DNA of 64,000 nt from Picochlorum sp. SENEW3 (GCA_034226945.1 CP120459.1:558001-622000); one strand, 5' to 3'. Counted from the first letter of the stretch, positions 21,566 through 35,297 are shown. The notes: generated by a model not told the origin, from the letters alone. Translations and numbers: made by a program.

Positions 21566-22294
21566 CCTGCTCTGCGACTACTACTACTAATACAATCAAT
21601 TCATAGCCAAATGCCTGGTACTGCGAGTTTTCTATTCTGCTTACGAGCACGTGGTTGCCATGCAATAAAGATGTTGTTTCTTCTGTAATTGACCATCCAA
21701 GCACGTGTTCAATGGGAGACGCATGCCATGTTGCTCAATCACCTGCCCTATGCTCCCTTGGCGCATTCATGCTACATGACAGACCAAACACGTCGCCTTG
21801 GCGTTGTCAGAATAGTATTACAGTATTGTTTTCTCAAATATACGGGGCCGAACAGACCGTATAGCTAGATAGAGCGCAGGGTATTGTACGCGAAGGATTT
21901 AACAACACCAAAGACCGTGTGTGGCCGTGTATTCCATCAATGTGTGGCATAAGAAGGGCTTAGATGTTTCTAATGCCAAGTATGATTTGCTGGAATGCCA
22001 TTTTTCAGAAGCAGGACTCGGCACGAGGTATAGTGCGTGCTGGGAGCAGGGTTTGCTTGTAGCATCGGTCAAACAAGGTGTGTGATTGGGGTTGTTTGCT
22101 AGGTGAGGCACGTTCGTGTGTTGGCGGAGCCGGGGTGGCTGCTCGTGGGTCGCAACCGTACGTCTGATCGTGTGGGTTCCGTGCAGGAAGTACACGTAGA
22201 ATTTTTGTAAAAGATTAGTCTTATTGGAGTGAGAAGTGAGAGTGCTCCGTGCCGTGCTTGACGTATAGGTCGAGTGAGTAGCAACTGGGTCGCT

Positions 22295-24910
22295 ATGAAT
22301 TCTTCTGTAGCGGAGCGGATGAAGGAGGGTGGCGACGAGATGTATCAACATCTGGTGAGCAATGGGGTGAATGATTCTTCGACACCTCATCGCCACGAAC
22401 GAAACCTTTCGGTGTTAAGTACCCCAGGGGACTCTGCCTTTGTGGAAATGGACCCCTCTGAGCGGTATGGAAGGTTTGATGAGGAGTTGGGTCGGGGTGC
22501 ATGCAAAATTGTGTACAAGGCTTTTGATACACAAGAGGGGAGAGAAGTTGCTTGGAACAAGGTTGATCTTTGTGATGTTCCTTATGGAGGACAGGATGGT
22601 ATTATGAACAACGAAGAGCAGGACAAGATCTTGGCTGAGATTCGGGTGCTGAAGGCTCTGAAGCATAAGAACATCATGTCTTTTTATAAATGGTGGTATA
22701 ATGAGAAGAAGGGTGAGGTTAACTTTATCAGTGAGATGTTTGCATCTGGGACATTGAGGAAGTATCGCAAGAAGCACAAGCATTTGGGGGATGATGTGTT
22801 GAAACACTGGGGTTGGCAGATTTTGTCCGGATTGGTGTATTTGCATGGGCATAATCCTCCAATAGTTCATCGGGACTTGAAATGTGATAATATTTTCATT
22901 AATGGTGCCGATGGTGTCGTCAAGATTGGTGATTTGGGACTGGCAACCATGCTCCATGGAAGGACAGCGCCTCAGTCTGTATTGGGTACTCCAGAGTTCA
23001 TGGCACCAGAGCTGTATGAGGAGTACTATGATGATAGAGTTGATGTCTACGCATTTGGTATGGTGATGCTCGAGTTGGCGACTTTAGAGTACCCATATTC
23101 GGAGTGTTCTAATGCTGCTCAGATTTACAGAAAGGTAACCTTGGGAGTAAGGCCTGTTGGTCTTCAGAAGGTGACTTGTAGAGAGTTGGCTGACTTTATC
23201 AATACTTGCATCGCGCCACTGGAGCAGAGGCCAAGGTCAAGACAGTTGCTCAAGCATCCATACTTTGCATCAATTCGATCAACATTGCATCCAACAAAGA
23301 GTGAACTCCTTTTGTCTGCAGCAAGTTCACAAAATCCTAGCGGCTCTCACCAATTTAGCAGAAGTAGAATGCCAACATCTGGTGGGAGTCATGCATCTTT
23401 TGCAGGCATGCCATTATCTAGAACTGCTTCTGAATCACCCATGGTGGATACATTACGGGGTGGCGAAGGAATCAAGCATCAGCGTTCCACAGCATCAGAG
23501 CTCATGAAAGAGTTAGAGAAAATGCCTAGCGTCAAGGTGACCAAGACGTCTAGCGGAGAGAAAGATGCCTCAGACGGATCAGTCTCTCCAGTTGGGAGTC
23601 CCTTCAAGGAATCTGCACTTGTTCCACCCTCTACAGGCAAAAGTAGAAAGGGAGTCTGTCGTTGTGCAGCGACAAATAGATGCTTTGAGTTTGCAGGAAA
23701 GTATCGGGAAGACAGGGACAAACGGCTGTTGAACTTGCGTCTGAAGATTTTGGAACCAGATGAGACAAGCAGGACTGTCGAGTTTGAGTTTGATATGACA
23801 AGTGATACTGCCACAAGTGTGGCGTCTGAAATGGTGGGCGTGCTGGAATTGAGTCCTGAAGATGCTGAGGCTATTTCAACGGCGATGGAGGCTGAAATTA
23901 CGACGCTCCTCTCATCACTGGAGGGCCAGGCATCGACCAAGTTGGCAGAGGCAGCTGCCGAATTGCAGCAAGAGCTCAGGGACACTGCAATTCAGCAGGC
24001 CACAGGTGGAGAAGAAGACTATAACGGAGTTCATACGAGTTATCCAGGAAAGTCTGAGAGCATTCCATGTCAACAGCATATGGCAGCACGCATGGCATCT
24101 GGATTTGAGAGCATGGCATCATTCCATTCCATAGAATCTGCTCAGAGCAATGGCAGTGCCATGCAGAGCGCTCACTCCTCGCCAACAAAGTCTTCTACAC
24201 GATCCGGAAGAGGGTCAGAAGACACTGGCATAGTGAGACGTATTAACTCTGGTGACTGGTCGCAGAAGGTAAATCGTGCCATGTCCTCATTCACACCCCC
24301 GGAAGGTGCCTCACGTCGCCCATCTCTTGACAAGCCTGGCGGGCGAGAAAAACCTAACGGTTCGCCTCGAAGCGGGATGAAATCTCCAGAAGGAAATGGA
24401 AGGGATATAAGTTTGGAGAAAAGGTCCCTGAGCAAGTTGTATGAAAATCTCCTTGAGGTTGCCGATGTGAGGCAAACGTCACTCACGCCACCTCCACCAA
24501 AGCCTCCTTTGCATCCTTCAGCATCAAAGTCTTCTCTATGTCTGAGCAGTCCAGCATCGCTGAATGGAGACTCGGATTCTCCAATGGAGGAGAGCAAAGG
24601 GGATGGCCCTCACATGTGTGAGAAGCAGAATGACAAGCACGCAAACCGCCAAAAGGCTCTGGATGCCTTGAAGGCAGTCGAGATGAGATCCTTGACGATG
24701 CTGGGAGGTAATACTGGAAATGATTGCGGACGAGGTGTTCCTATGGCAAGCTGTAAGTTGTCAGAAACTGGCATCAATACTGCCTCGTCGTCAAGGGAGT
24801 CAAACATGGACAACATTGTCACGTCTCATCCAGTGGAACTGGCAACAGTAGATTCAATAAATAACAAACTCGGCGTTACCAAATTGGACAGCAACAGTGC
24901 GGATTCCTGA
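22295..24910 (+). CDS. WNK (with-no-lysine) Ser/Thr kinase
   Basis: LGRGACKIVYKAFD, EVAWN, HRDLKCDNIFING, KIGDLGLA and GTPEFMAPE, plus a CCT-like domain (VEFEFDMTSDTATSVASEMV). Confidence 0.95.
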   Translation: MNSSVAERMKEGGDEMYQHLVSNGVNDSSTPHRHERNLSVLSTPGDSAFVEMDPSERYGRFDEELGRGACKIVYKAFDTQEGREVAWNKVDLCDVPYGGQDGIMNNEEQDKILAEIRVLKALKHKNIMSFYKWWYNEKKGEVNFISEMFASGTLRKYRKKHKHLGDDVLKHWGWQILSGLVYLHGHNPPIVHRDLKCDNIFINGADGVVKIGDLGLATMLHGRTAPQSVLGTPEFMAPELYEEYYDDRVDVYAFGMVMLELATLEYPYSECSNAAQIYRKVTLGVRPVGLQKVTCRELADFINTCIAPLEQRPRSRQLLKHPYFASIRSTLHPTKSELLLSAASSQNPSGSHQFSRSRMPTSGGSHASFAGMPLSRTASESPMVDTLRGGEGIKHQRSTASELMKELEKMPSVKVTKTSSGEKDASDGSVSPVGSPFKESALVPPSTGKSRKGVCRCAATNRCFEFAGKYREDRDKRLLNLRLKILEPDETSRTVEFEFDMTSDTATSVASEMVGVLELSPEDAEAISTAMEAEITTLLSSLEGQASTKLAEAAAELQQELRDTAIQQATGGEEDYNGVHTSYPGKSESIPCQQHMAARMASGFESMASFHSIESAQSNGSAMQSAHSSPTKSSTRSGRGSEDTGIVRRINSGDWSQKVNRAMSSFTPPEGASRRPSLDKPGGREKPNGSPRSGMKSPEGNGRDISLEKRSLSKLYENLLEVADVRQTSLTPPPPKPPLHPSASKSSLCLSSPASLNGDSDSPMEESKGDGPHMCEKQNDKHANRQKALDALKAVEMRSLTMLGGNTGNDCGRGVPMASCKLSETGINTASSSRESNMDNIVTSHPVELATVDSINNKLGVTKLDSNSADS

Positions 24911-25276
24911 TTATATTCCTTCTTCCATTTCTACAAGCTATTTGGATTTTTATCCATGTTACATGGATTTACTTTTTTCGTACTAATAATATGTATACTG
25001 TGTTGTCAACGTCTGAGATACTGAGTGTAAAATAAATGACCCTTTTTGTAGAACACCACTCCTAGAGGATGCTTATGCGTCGCCATATACCATGAAGGTC
25101 GTCCACATGGCAAAATACCTCCTGGACTCACACAGGATGCAGAAGTAAATGGGAGATCAAAGGTGCGACAGACCCATTAAGAAATTATCATTGAGATTCT
25201 TTATCGAATGAAAGATCAGATGAATGATTCGGGAACACAAACTTGGCCGAAGGAGCTTTGTTAAGTGTGATTTGAC

Positions 25277-28011
25277 ATGCTGAAACTCGCAGCAAGGAAA
25301 GCGAGCACGTTCTACCCTCTTTCGAGGCATTTTTACTCTTTGAATTTACAAAGAAATCATTCTACTGTGACATCTGTTGCATGCATGGCGCAATTAGAGC
25401 TAGGAAAGGCGGTACGTTGTAACCAAGAAACAGTCTGCCACACCAATTTTACCTATTACTTTATGCGCAGGCTATCGTCAGGATGCTACCGAATGAGCCT
25501 TCCATGACAATTCAGGTCCAAATAGGTGGCAAGGTGAGGAATTTAGACAGGCCTCAGGATGAACTGGTCGAGAAGCCACTGATGAGACTACAAAAGTCTG
25601 CTTGTCAGAATCCGAAGAAGAAGAAGAAGAAAAATTCTGTCGAGGCCGAGGTTGTTCAAGCAGAGGTTCCCCAGGTATCAATTTATATGGGTCCTGATGA
25701 ATCGTATCCGGCGTTGGATCCGGGTACAACAACGAACAGAGATGCTTGGAGGCAAGACTATCTTTTGAAAATTGGACAGGCTGCATATTCAATAATTGTG
25801 AACCCTCCAAGCGTTGAGAAGCTCCATGTCCATGGAACTGTTTTCTCCGGAATCCCTATTATACCACATCTTGACGCGGTTTTCACGGACTTTGTAGAGT
25901 GGCAATGGGAAGTTCGAAATCAGAGTAATGAATGGGTTTCTGTGTCTCGAGGAAAGCATCCAGCATGTACTCCCTCAGAAAATGATGTAGGATGCATGTT
26001 ACGAGTTTCTTGTACACCAATTCAAAATAGAAGCAAGTTAATTCATGAATCGCGTAAGGAGTATGAGCTGCGAGGATTTGGATCAACGTTGGAGATTGGG
26101 CCAGTACATCCAGCCCCACCCAGTGCATCTTTGGGACGGATCCCCAACGACCATTCCTGGACAACGCCTCCAGAATTTAGAGTGATGACGTATAATATAT
26201 TGGCTGATCAGTATGCGTCAACAGATACTGCAAAGAATGAAATTTTTTCACATTGCCCAAATGAATTCTTGGAATGGCAGTACAGGAGGCCATTGATTTT
26301 CAAAGAAATTCTCGATTATAAACCCGATATTGCTTGCTTACAGGAAGTAGATGCTTCTGCTTTCAATCTTCTACTGGATCCTAGCCTGAAAGAATTTGGA
26401 TTTGAAGGCGTGTACACGAACAAGGCCGGGCGCGTTACTGAAGGTAGTGCTACATTCTGGAGAAGCGATAGATTTCAATTGGTGGATAGATTGGAGATGG
26501 AAATGAGGCAATTCTTTCCAAAGAACTCTTCCCAGGAGGAAATCAGCCAATCACCTTTGGGACCTGCACTAAGACCCATGTTGCAGTCGTCGCCAAATTT
26601 GTGTGAAGCACTGCAAAAGGTTGGAACAATTGCACAGCTGACATTGCTTGTTCCCCATGGCCCTCCGTCAAGCTGGGGTCTCTCGCGGCCTCTCTGTGTC
26701 ATCAACACTCACTTATTTTACCATTATGCTGCCCCCCATATTCGAACTATCCACGTCTGGACAATGTTGCGTCAGGCAGAGGAATTTATTAAGAGGGCCA
26801 TGGTTGATCATGAACATGCCCTTGGAGGATTAAGGCCAAGTTTGCTCTTCTGTGGTGACTTGAACTCGGACATAAATGATGGTATTCCTGGTACAGTCCA
26901 ACTTCTTCGAACGGGAAACGTGAGTGAGGATTACTGGGATTGGAGATTCGGTACAGACTTTGCCTGGGGAAATGCTGGGAGAGGTCAAGATGAGGAGGAA
27001 TCAGGTGAGTTGGCCAAGATGGTCCACTCTGATGTTGAAGGCCTCAGCCCGGTGCGTCAGGCAGATTCAAACCTTCCGATTGTTCCTGGAGTATCCCTCA
27101 AATCTTTTTTTCCTCTAGAAACTGCCGACGGTATGATTCCAGAGTTTACAAACTTTGTCAAGGGATATCAAGGACTGTTAGATTACGTTTGGTTCCAGCA
27201 GGACTTTATTCGGGTGAATGGAGTTGCACACTGCCCGACTAAAATGAAACTAGGTGGTTATCTTCCATCAGAACAATATCCATCTGATCATCTTGCTGTC
27301 GTGGCTGACTTGGAATTTGTAGAGGAGCAACAGCAGATTGCTAAAACAATGATGCATCCTCACGGGACCCACATGGAAGCAGCATTTCGTAATGTACCGT
27401 TTGCTGAAGATGCTCTGCAGAGAGAGCAAGTTATCGCTGTACCAACAGATACGATTTATGGTATAGCCGGTCTCGCATCATCATCAAAGTCTATTCAAGA
27501 AATCTATGCAATCAAGCGAAGGGACTTTGAAAAGCCGCTTGCTGTTTGCGTTGCAGACCACGAAGACATACCAGACATATGTCATGTAGACCATCTTCCA
27601 CCAAATATTCTGAAACGATTGCTTCCAGGGCCTGTCACCGTGGTATTAGATAGGAAGAAAGGGTGTCCCGGGCTATCTGATGATTTGAATCCAGGCATTG
27701 ATGCACTAGCTGTCAGAATCCCAGATTTCCCCTTTCTCAGGGCAATTTGCAGACAGGTTCAAACCCCTTTAGCACTGACATCAGCGAACATTAGTGGAGA
27801 TCAAAGCCCAGTACGAACAGATGAGATGGGTGGCGTCGCAGAACAATGCGCACTCATATTTGATCATGGGTTCCTCGGTGAGCAGAGGTCAGGATCCACA
27901 ATCATAGACTTGCGAAAGCCTAGCGCATTTTCAATCATTAGAGAGGGCTCGGCGTTTGAAGAAACAGTGAGCATTCTAACACAGAATGGACTTGTTCTTG
28001 AAGAACGATGA
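25277..28011 (+). CDS. Fusion protein: PDE12/CCR4-type EEP deadenylase plus C-terminal YrdC/Sua5 threonylcarbamoyl-AMP synthase
   Basis: Exon 1 25277-25411 (presequence-like), intron 25412-25470, then one open frame. EEP motifs: TYNILAD, CLQEVD, CGDLNS, LDYVW, PSDH. YrdC motifs from about 27349: VPTDTIYG, KRRDFEKPL, PGPVT, TSANISG, STIIDL. Confidence 0.9.
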
Positions 28012-28056
28012 CGATACATGAGCATTACTTGGTCTTACACAAATTGCATACATACA

Positions 28057-29200
28057 TCAAAGCCTATCAGGCACCTGGATTGTCAAATCATACAAATACA
28101 CATTCTTGTCAAACACAGCTCCCAAATCGGCCAATTTATTGAAGAACGTGATGAAATCAATCTCATAATCTTGTCTAAATGTTGTCGCTCTGCTCTTGTC
28201 ATACTTTTGTTTCCAAGCATCAAATGTGGGATCTTGTGCAAAAGCAGCCTCTGCTGCAGCTGGATCATCCTCTGAGGCTGTCCACAACAAAAATGTAGGC
28301 CTCTCCCAGAAAGGAGCCTTCTTACCAAGTGGCCCTCCAAGTTGAGAAGGGTCCTTCACGTTCAATGCACCCATGAATGCCTGCACCTCGGCTGAGGAGG
28401 ACCCTGGTCCTGGGATATTCACATCAGGATCAGGCCCAGTACTGTCCACCCTGCCAAGCTTGACTTCGAATGGGTTTCCAAACTGCTGAGCAAGAGTCTG
28501 ACTCTTTTCTGACCGCGCAGCCTTTTCTTTATTCCACGACAGCTCAGTCGTCACCTTGGTAGCCAACACAATTGTATCTGCCCAAGACACCATTGCCTGT
28601 GCTGGAGGCCCATTCGCCTTCACCGCCTCCCGAACTTTACGCAATTTGCCAACCAAAGCATTTAAATCGCGATTCACAGGGCGTTTCAATTCCTCAGCCG
28701 TCGCAATTGACCCGTTCATGCCACCAGTCTTGGTCTTGGCATCAAATGTTGCAGCATCATGAATCAACAATCGCATCGCCGCTGGGGCATCAGCGGCAGT
28801 CAAAACACTCTTCATCTCCTTCTCAATTCGTTTCTGCATCATTCAACAATATTCCAGGCTCATGATGGATGGATCACACAACCACGCTGAAGAATACATC
28901 AACATCATCAAGCACACACATTACCTGAAAATCAGCCAACAAGTCCCTCTTCTGAAAAGCAGATAATGCGCTGCCCTTGATCACTTTGTCCACCAGCTTG
29001 GCCTCTGCAATATCAGGTACAATCAACTGGGTCCCCACAGAGACAGCCATACCTCCAGCAATGCCCGTCAAAACCTGACGTCGATCTGGATCAGCGACCG
29101 AGCAAACCACCCTGGACACCCTTCCATTCAATCCAATCTGCCCAGAGTATGCGCTTTTTGATAGATTGATTTTCTGAGATCCAATCAGACCCGCCTTCAT
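28057..29200 (-). CDS. Thylakoid lumen 29-kDa protein (TL29/APX4-like peroxidase fold)
   Basis: Twin-Arg signal (DRRQVL), RLLIHDAATFD..TKTGGMNGSI, SWADTIVLA and KLGRVDS. Inferred intron 28834-28924. Confidence 0.85.
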
Positions 29201-29850
29201 CGTTCAATGTGTGTACCAAGAGGAAGAGAAGAAGAAGAGGAAGAAGAAAGTTCACCAATAGCCACTCCTGTAAGGAACCGTACGATGAATACCTCTACGT
29301 GCTGAATATCCCAACAGAAATTCTAAAATAATCGCATATGTAACTGGCAATGGCGGATCATAGAATCTCTGCCTTATCCCCTCCAGGGGCGCCTTCACGG
29401 AGACCACGCCGAGGGGCGCCTGAATTGCATTTGAAACCGTTGGCTCACTGGCATGATGCAGCAATACTGCGACTGCATGCATTCTAAACAATTACACATA
29501 CAATATATAGACTGTGTTGGATATTCCAGTGACTGAATATCAGAGATTGCGGATCGACTGTGTCGTATTCTCGAATTTGAAATTGAACCGAATTCTCGAC
29601 GGAACAACGCCATGTTTGTCAAAAGGGCTTTTATCGCAATGGGTGTGTGATACTTTGTAATATTTTGTATAAAAGAATACATTTTTGGATGAATATACCG
29701 TATTGAGGTGCAATCGATTGGATGGGTGGGTGACGTCAACTACCCCAGAGAAGGGTGGTTGCATTGTCGGTTCTCGTCATGATGATGTGTGCTGATATTG
29801 TAGGCAAGCCTGTGCGCTGGATCAGACGTGTCATACGACAGAAGAAGAAA

Positions 29851-30426
29851 ATGTCGATTGTCATCGAGGCGCATTCGAAAGAAATGGAGGCGATTTTGGA
29901 GATGCATAGGAAACAGATGGAGGCAATCTGTGCGTGGAACGCGGATGAATTAGACCTGACATTTCAGCGATATAACATTGGGCTTGCTTTGGTATTTGAA
30001 AGGTTTATTGAGCAGTTGGAGGCTGCGTTTGTTAGAATGTCTCAGGAGGCTGCGCCAAAGGGTCCATGCTCTCAGAGGACAGATCCACAGGTCATGAAGG
30101 ATATGCCACATTTGTTCCCAATCAAGGGTGGCATTCTATTGGATGACTCGCGAGATATTATTACCACTGCTCCAAGCCCCCCAAAGCCTTGCTTGCTGCA
30201 AGAGGTATCGGTACAGGATTTGATGGCAACGTCTGATGATGACACTGATTCAGATAACAACACGGAGCATGCATCTGATGCTGAGATGGCAGAGCAAGCC
30301 AGGCAAAGAGCTGCTCGTGAGGAGAAGATGCGCATAAAACAGTCGCTGCGACATCAGGTAAAGCAAATGCCTCGACACAGAAAATCAAATTATAAGATGA
30401 ATAGAACATTCTTTGCTCCAATCTAA
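29851..30426 (+). CDS. Hypothetical protein (no recognised family)
   Basis: Open frame of 191 codons with protein-like composition (helical N-terminus, acidic middle, basic C-terminus). A branch/acceptor (tgctgatattgtag, about 29790-29803) upstream suggests a 5' intron. Confidence 0.6.
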   Translation: MSIVIEAHSKEMEAILEMHRKQMEAICAWNADELDLTFQRYNIGLALVFERFIEQLEAAFVRMSQEAAPKGPCSQRTDPQVMKDMPHLFPIKGGILLDDSRDIITTAPSPPKPCLLQEVSVQDLMATSDDDTDSDNNTEHASDAEMAEQARQRAAREEKMRIKQSLRHQVKQMPRHRKSNYKMNRTFFAPI

Positions 30427-30433
30427 CATTGCA

Positions 30434-31528
<1,095 letters not shown>

Positions 31529-31921
31529 TCAGTATCAATACAATTTAAAACGCAAAAATCTGGATTTGATTGGACATGCAACGAAAATGAAAGAGCATGC
31601 AACCAATCACAGTCGCATCCACACAGAGCCCTGCATATCCATGTGTCTTTTGAATAGTACTGTAAATATTTCTATTGTATCGACGCTGCGTTGAAGATCC
31701 CTCATATGAGGCATTCTCCTGAGAGGTCCAAGTTTCTCAATTTATCTATTTAAGCAACACATCATGGTCATTCTTTGCACAGGCAATGCAGTCTGTTTAA
31801 ATCAATTTAAAAATTATTTTCGATGTTACCTGTAGTCGTATAGTGTGCTGTGGGCGAATATACACTCCCTGAACGCACCCAACCCGCCTTTGCGAAAGCG
31901 AACGGCAGTTAGTACATTAGA

Positions 31922-32863
31922 ATGGCATCGGATGCCGGCCGTAGAGATGTACCAGATACCAAAATCAATGTAGAAGCAGAAGATAGAGAGGCGGAGGAGG
32001 AAAAGGAGGATCCTCTTGTGAAGGCCAAGAGGGAGCAGGAGGAGTTGGAACAAGCACTGGAAGCAGCTCGAGATGTAAACCCCAATGATGATCCGGCGAT
32101 GAAGGTATGTGGTCGAGTGAATGTGATGCTCTACAATACAGTCATCTTCTGAATGAATGTTACGTGAATTTCTTCGTAGGCATTCTATGCTGATATGAAA
32201 GAGGTGGATAGAGAAAATCAAGTGAACAGGGTCTTGGGAGCTTTTAAATTGAATCCTTACGAAATGCTGGGTCTCCGATTTGATGCCCCTGATGAGGATA
32301 TTTCTCGTATGTATCGTAAAGTCTCGTTAGCAGTACATCCTGATAAATGCTCACACCCAAGGGCCAAGGATGCATTTGAAATTATTGGCCATGCTCAGAA
32401 GGAACTTCAGGATCCAGAGAAGAAGCAGAGGTTGGACTTTGTGCTGGAGCAGGTGAAGGACTCTGTCATATCTGATTGGAAGAAAGCAGCAAAGGATGAT
32501 CCAGCGTCGCAGCTCGCTGTCGCTGTTGACGGGCTTGAGGCAGTTGTTCAGAAATGGCTGGCAACTGATGAATTCCATGATGCATGGAAAATGAAGGCGA
32601 GGGATGTTTTAGCAAAAACAGAATGGCGACGACGAAAAATGGCAAAAAGACTTGAGGAAGAAACTGAGAGGGCAAAGGAAGAGTCGAAAAAGAGAAAGGA
32701 GGAGATCAAACAGGCTAGAGATGAAGAAAAAAAGTGGGAGACCACGCGGGATGACAGAGTAGGAAACTGGAGGGATTTTATGAAGAAGAAGAAAAAAAAG
32801 AGCAGAGGAGGAAGTTCAGTGCTCGGTGGACTAAAACCGCCAAAGTCAAAGATTGCAAAATGA
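31922..32863 (+). CDS. DNAJC8/Spf31-like J-domain protein (2 exons)
   Basis: LNPYEMLG, YRKVSLAVHPDK and the family C-terminus WETTRDDRVGNWRDF. Inferred intron 32105-32179. Confidence 0.88.
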
Positions 32864-32866
32864 TAT

Positions 32867-34021
32867 TTATTGGGTACTATTGCCAAACATATTTCTAAAT
32901 GACGCCTCTGACTTTTTATCCTGAACTTTTGTCACTCTCATGAGCTTTTCAATCTCTGGAAGCTCCTCAGAAAGCATATTTAAATCTCGTAGGTGTTCTG
33001 TAACCTGATCAGCTGCGTCATATTCGTGCCTCCCTATCAATGCCTTTGCCTTGCGAGCAAGCGCCTTTTGGCACTCTGGATCCAGTTCCAATGCATCATT
33101 ACATGCCTTGACTGCCGCTCCGAAATCTTTCGTCGCCAGATTCACCGCTGCAATATTACAGTTTACTGCAATCCTATTCGAGATCACTTCAATCTGATCA
33201 GCTTGACTCAGCCCTTGCACAAGATCAACAATAGATTTGGCCCGTACATAATGATGCAATGCCTCTGCAAATGCCCCCTTCCTATACGCATCATTTCCCT
33301 TTCTCCTCTCGACAAGCTGCAATGTTCAATTGTAATTTCAATTTTAAATTCTGACAACAGCACACAAACGTGGATGACACGCAAGATGACAGAAAACAAC
33401 GCACATGCTCATTCAATGCCTGCACAAGCTGATCTGTAGGCAACCTAGCAACCTGCCTCGTCTTTGCCTCAAACTCCTCATGAAACTCATTCGACGGATC
33501 TTTCAACAATCGAATAAAATACTCTTCCATCTCATCCTCTGTCATCCGGCCTTCATCCATCATTTTCTGAGCAGTAGACAACATCTCAATCACCCTTGGA
33601 TTCTTTGCCCACTGCTCAAAATCCCCATTGGGATCATTCGCAAATGTCATCACCACCTTTTTCAACACCCTATTCTTCAGAAAAGGAGCAATAGACAATT
33701 GCGCGTCATAATCAGACTCCAAAACCGTACTACGAAATTTCAAGGCATGTAGCTTCTCTTGCAACTTGAGTGCCTGCTTCACCTCTTTCCTCTGATGCTT
33801 TTCTAGAATAGGCTGATTCTCCGGACGAGCCAGAAACTCTTTAAAACTCGCCTCCTACACACCCAAAAGTATAGTACCTTTCATGACGTATCCACAAAGA
33901 ACGAGAGAAGAATACTAAAAGACACACACAGAGAACAACAATAAGATTACAAAAACACACGCACCATTGCCCCACCAGGGCCCCCTCCCCCCATAAAATC
34001 ATTCCCTGGAGCACTAAACAT
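32867..34021 (-). CDS. TPR-domain co-chaperone-like protein (3 exons)
   Basis: Carboxylate-clamp-like TPRs (RRKGNDAYRKG, CNIAAVNL, ALELDPECQKALARKA). Introns 33317-33404 and about 33855-33964 join the two ORF-track pieces to a start MFSAPGNDF at 34021. Confidence 0.75.
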
Positions 34022-34628
34022 AGTACTAGGTATACCCAACTGCCTCTATTCCGTTCGTCGTTGACCAACACGACCAATCCAATTCGAATCAGGAATCGAA
34101 TATGCAGACAAGAACCCAACAACACCTCTATCGTCCTCTTATCAACCTATATAGGTGTAATATACTCGTATAGAGAACCAGTCACCACATCTACCCCATA
34201 TAGACTGGCTTCAGCCATCGCTGTCTCAAGGTACTGCGAATGAAGAAATGGTACTGCGATGTTGACCAATCCTGACTCGCCCGTTCATCCATCCTTTCCT
34301 TTCCCTCTGGTCTCTATTACCATTATTATAGAATAATCACATATAAATACTCATAGTACTGGTATGTATCGATTGATCAGTGGTATAGCCTCGTTGGTAT
34401 TGTCGTCGTTGACATTTTCCCCCAATCACTCGTCTATTCTGTCGTCGCCTTTCATAGTTTGTATCTACCCATACATACACTATATATAACGTTATGAACA
34501 GACTAGAGGGCAATCACGATTGGATTGGTTCAACGTCTACTTCCTCTTTGTTTTTTCCTTTCCTTCTTGTTATGTATTATGAGTTCCCCTCCATACTACT
34601 GCAGGTATATATATATTACATTGCCACC

Positions 34629-35297
34629 ATGGAGGAGATTATGAAAAAGAGGCAGAAGGAGATTGAGGAGGCGTATGAGAAGCAGTGGGATGGTGGCAAG
34701 GGAGCCCACCACCCAGACTATGATCCTGAAGCAGTTGGGCAGGATGTTGTCAAGGCGAACAGAGCCACAGAGGAACTGTACAATGCTATAGTGAAGAATG
34801 ATATCAAAAAAGTGTATGCAAAGATTGAAGAGGGCGCCGATGTCAACTTTGTGTTTGGAAGGGCGTACCGCTGCCCAGAGGGATACACACCCCTCATGGT
34901 TGCTGCCCACAGGGGGCGCCTCGAATGCGCCAAGGCATTGTTGCGTGCTGGAGCTGACCCAAACTATATCAATGGAGCCGGTGATTTGTGCGTGTTCTGG
35001 GCCATTGATGGTGGGGTAGAGATGATCAAATTGTTCCTGGACTATGGAGTTGATCTGGATGCCACCACACCAAAGGGATGGACTCCACTGAGCTACTGCA
35101 AGGCCAAGGGCAAGTATGGTGCCACTGAAGAAAAGGGCATCTATCCAGAAGACGTTCTCAAGTACTATGGCGCAACCAAGTATGGGACTGGGCCACCTGC
35201 TCTTGGCCAGAGGTCTCCACGTGAATCGTACAATCCAGAGGCGGACAATTTCATGCGCGAGAGAGGCAGCTATCAAAAGCATCCAGAAGATCCATAA
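34629..35297 (+). CDS. Ankyrin-repeat protein
   Basis: GYTPLMVAAHRGRLECAKALLRAGADPN and GWTPLSYC. The ATG lies in a gccaccATGG context. Confidence 0.88.
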   Translation: MEEIMKKRQKEIEEAYEKQWDGGKGAHHPDYDPEAVGQDVVKANRATEELYNAIVKNDIKKVYAKIEEGADVNFVFGRAYRCPEGYTPLMVAAHRGRLECAKALLRAGADPNYINGAGDLCVFWAIDGGVEMIKLFLDYGVDLDATTPKGWTPLSYCKAKGKYGATEEKGIYPEDVLKYYGATKYGTGPPALGQRSPRESYNPEADNFMRERGSYQKHPEDP

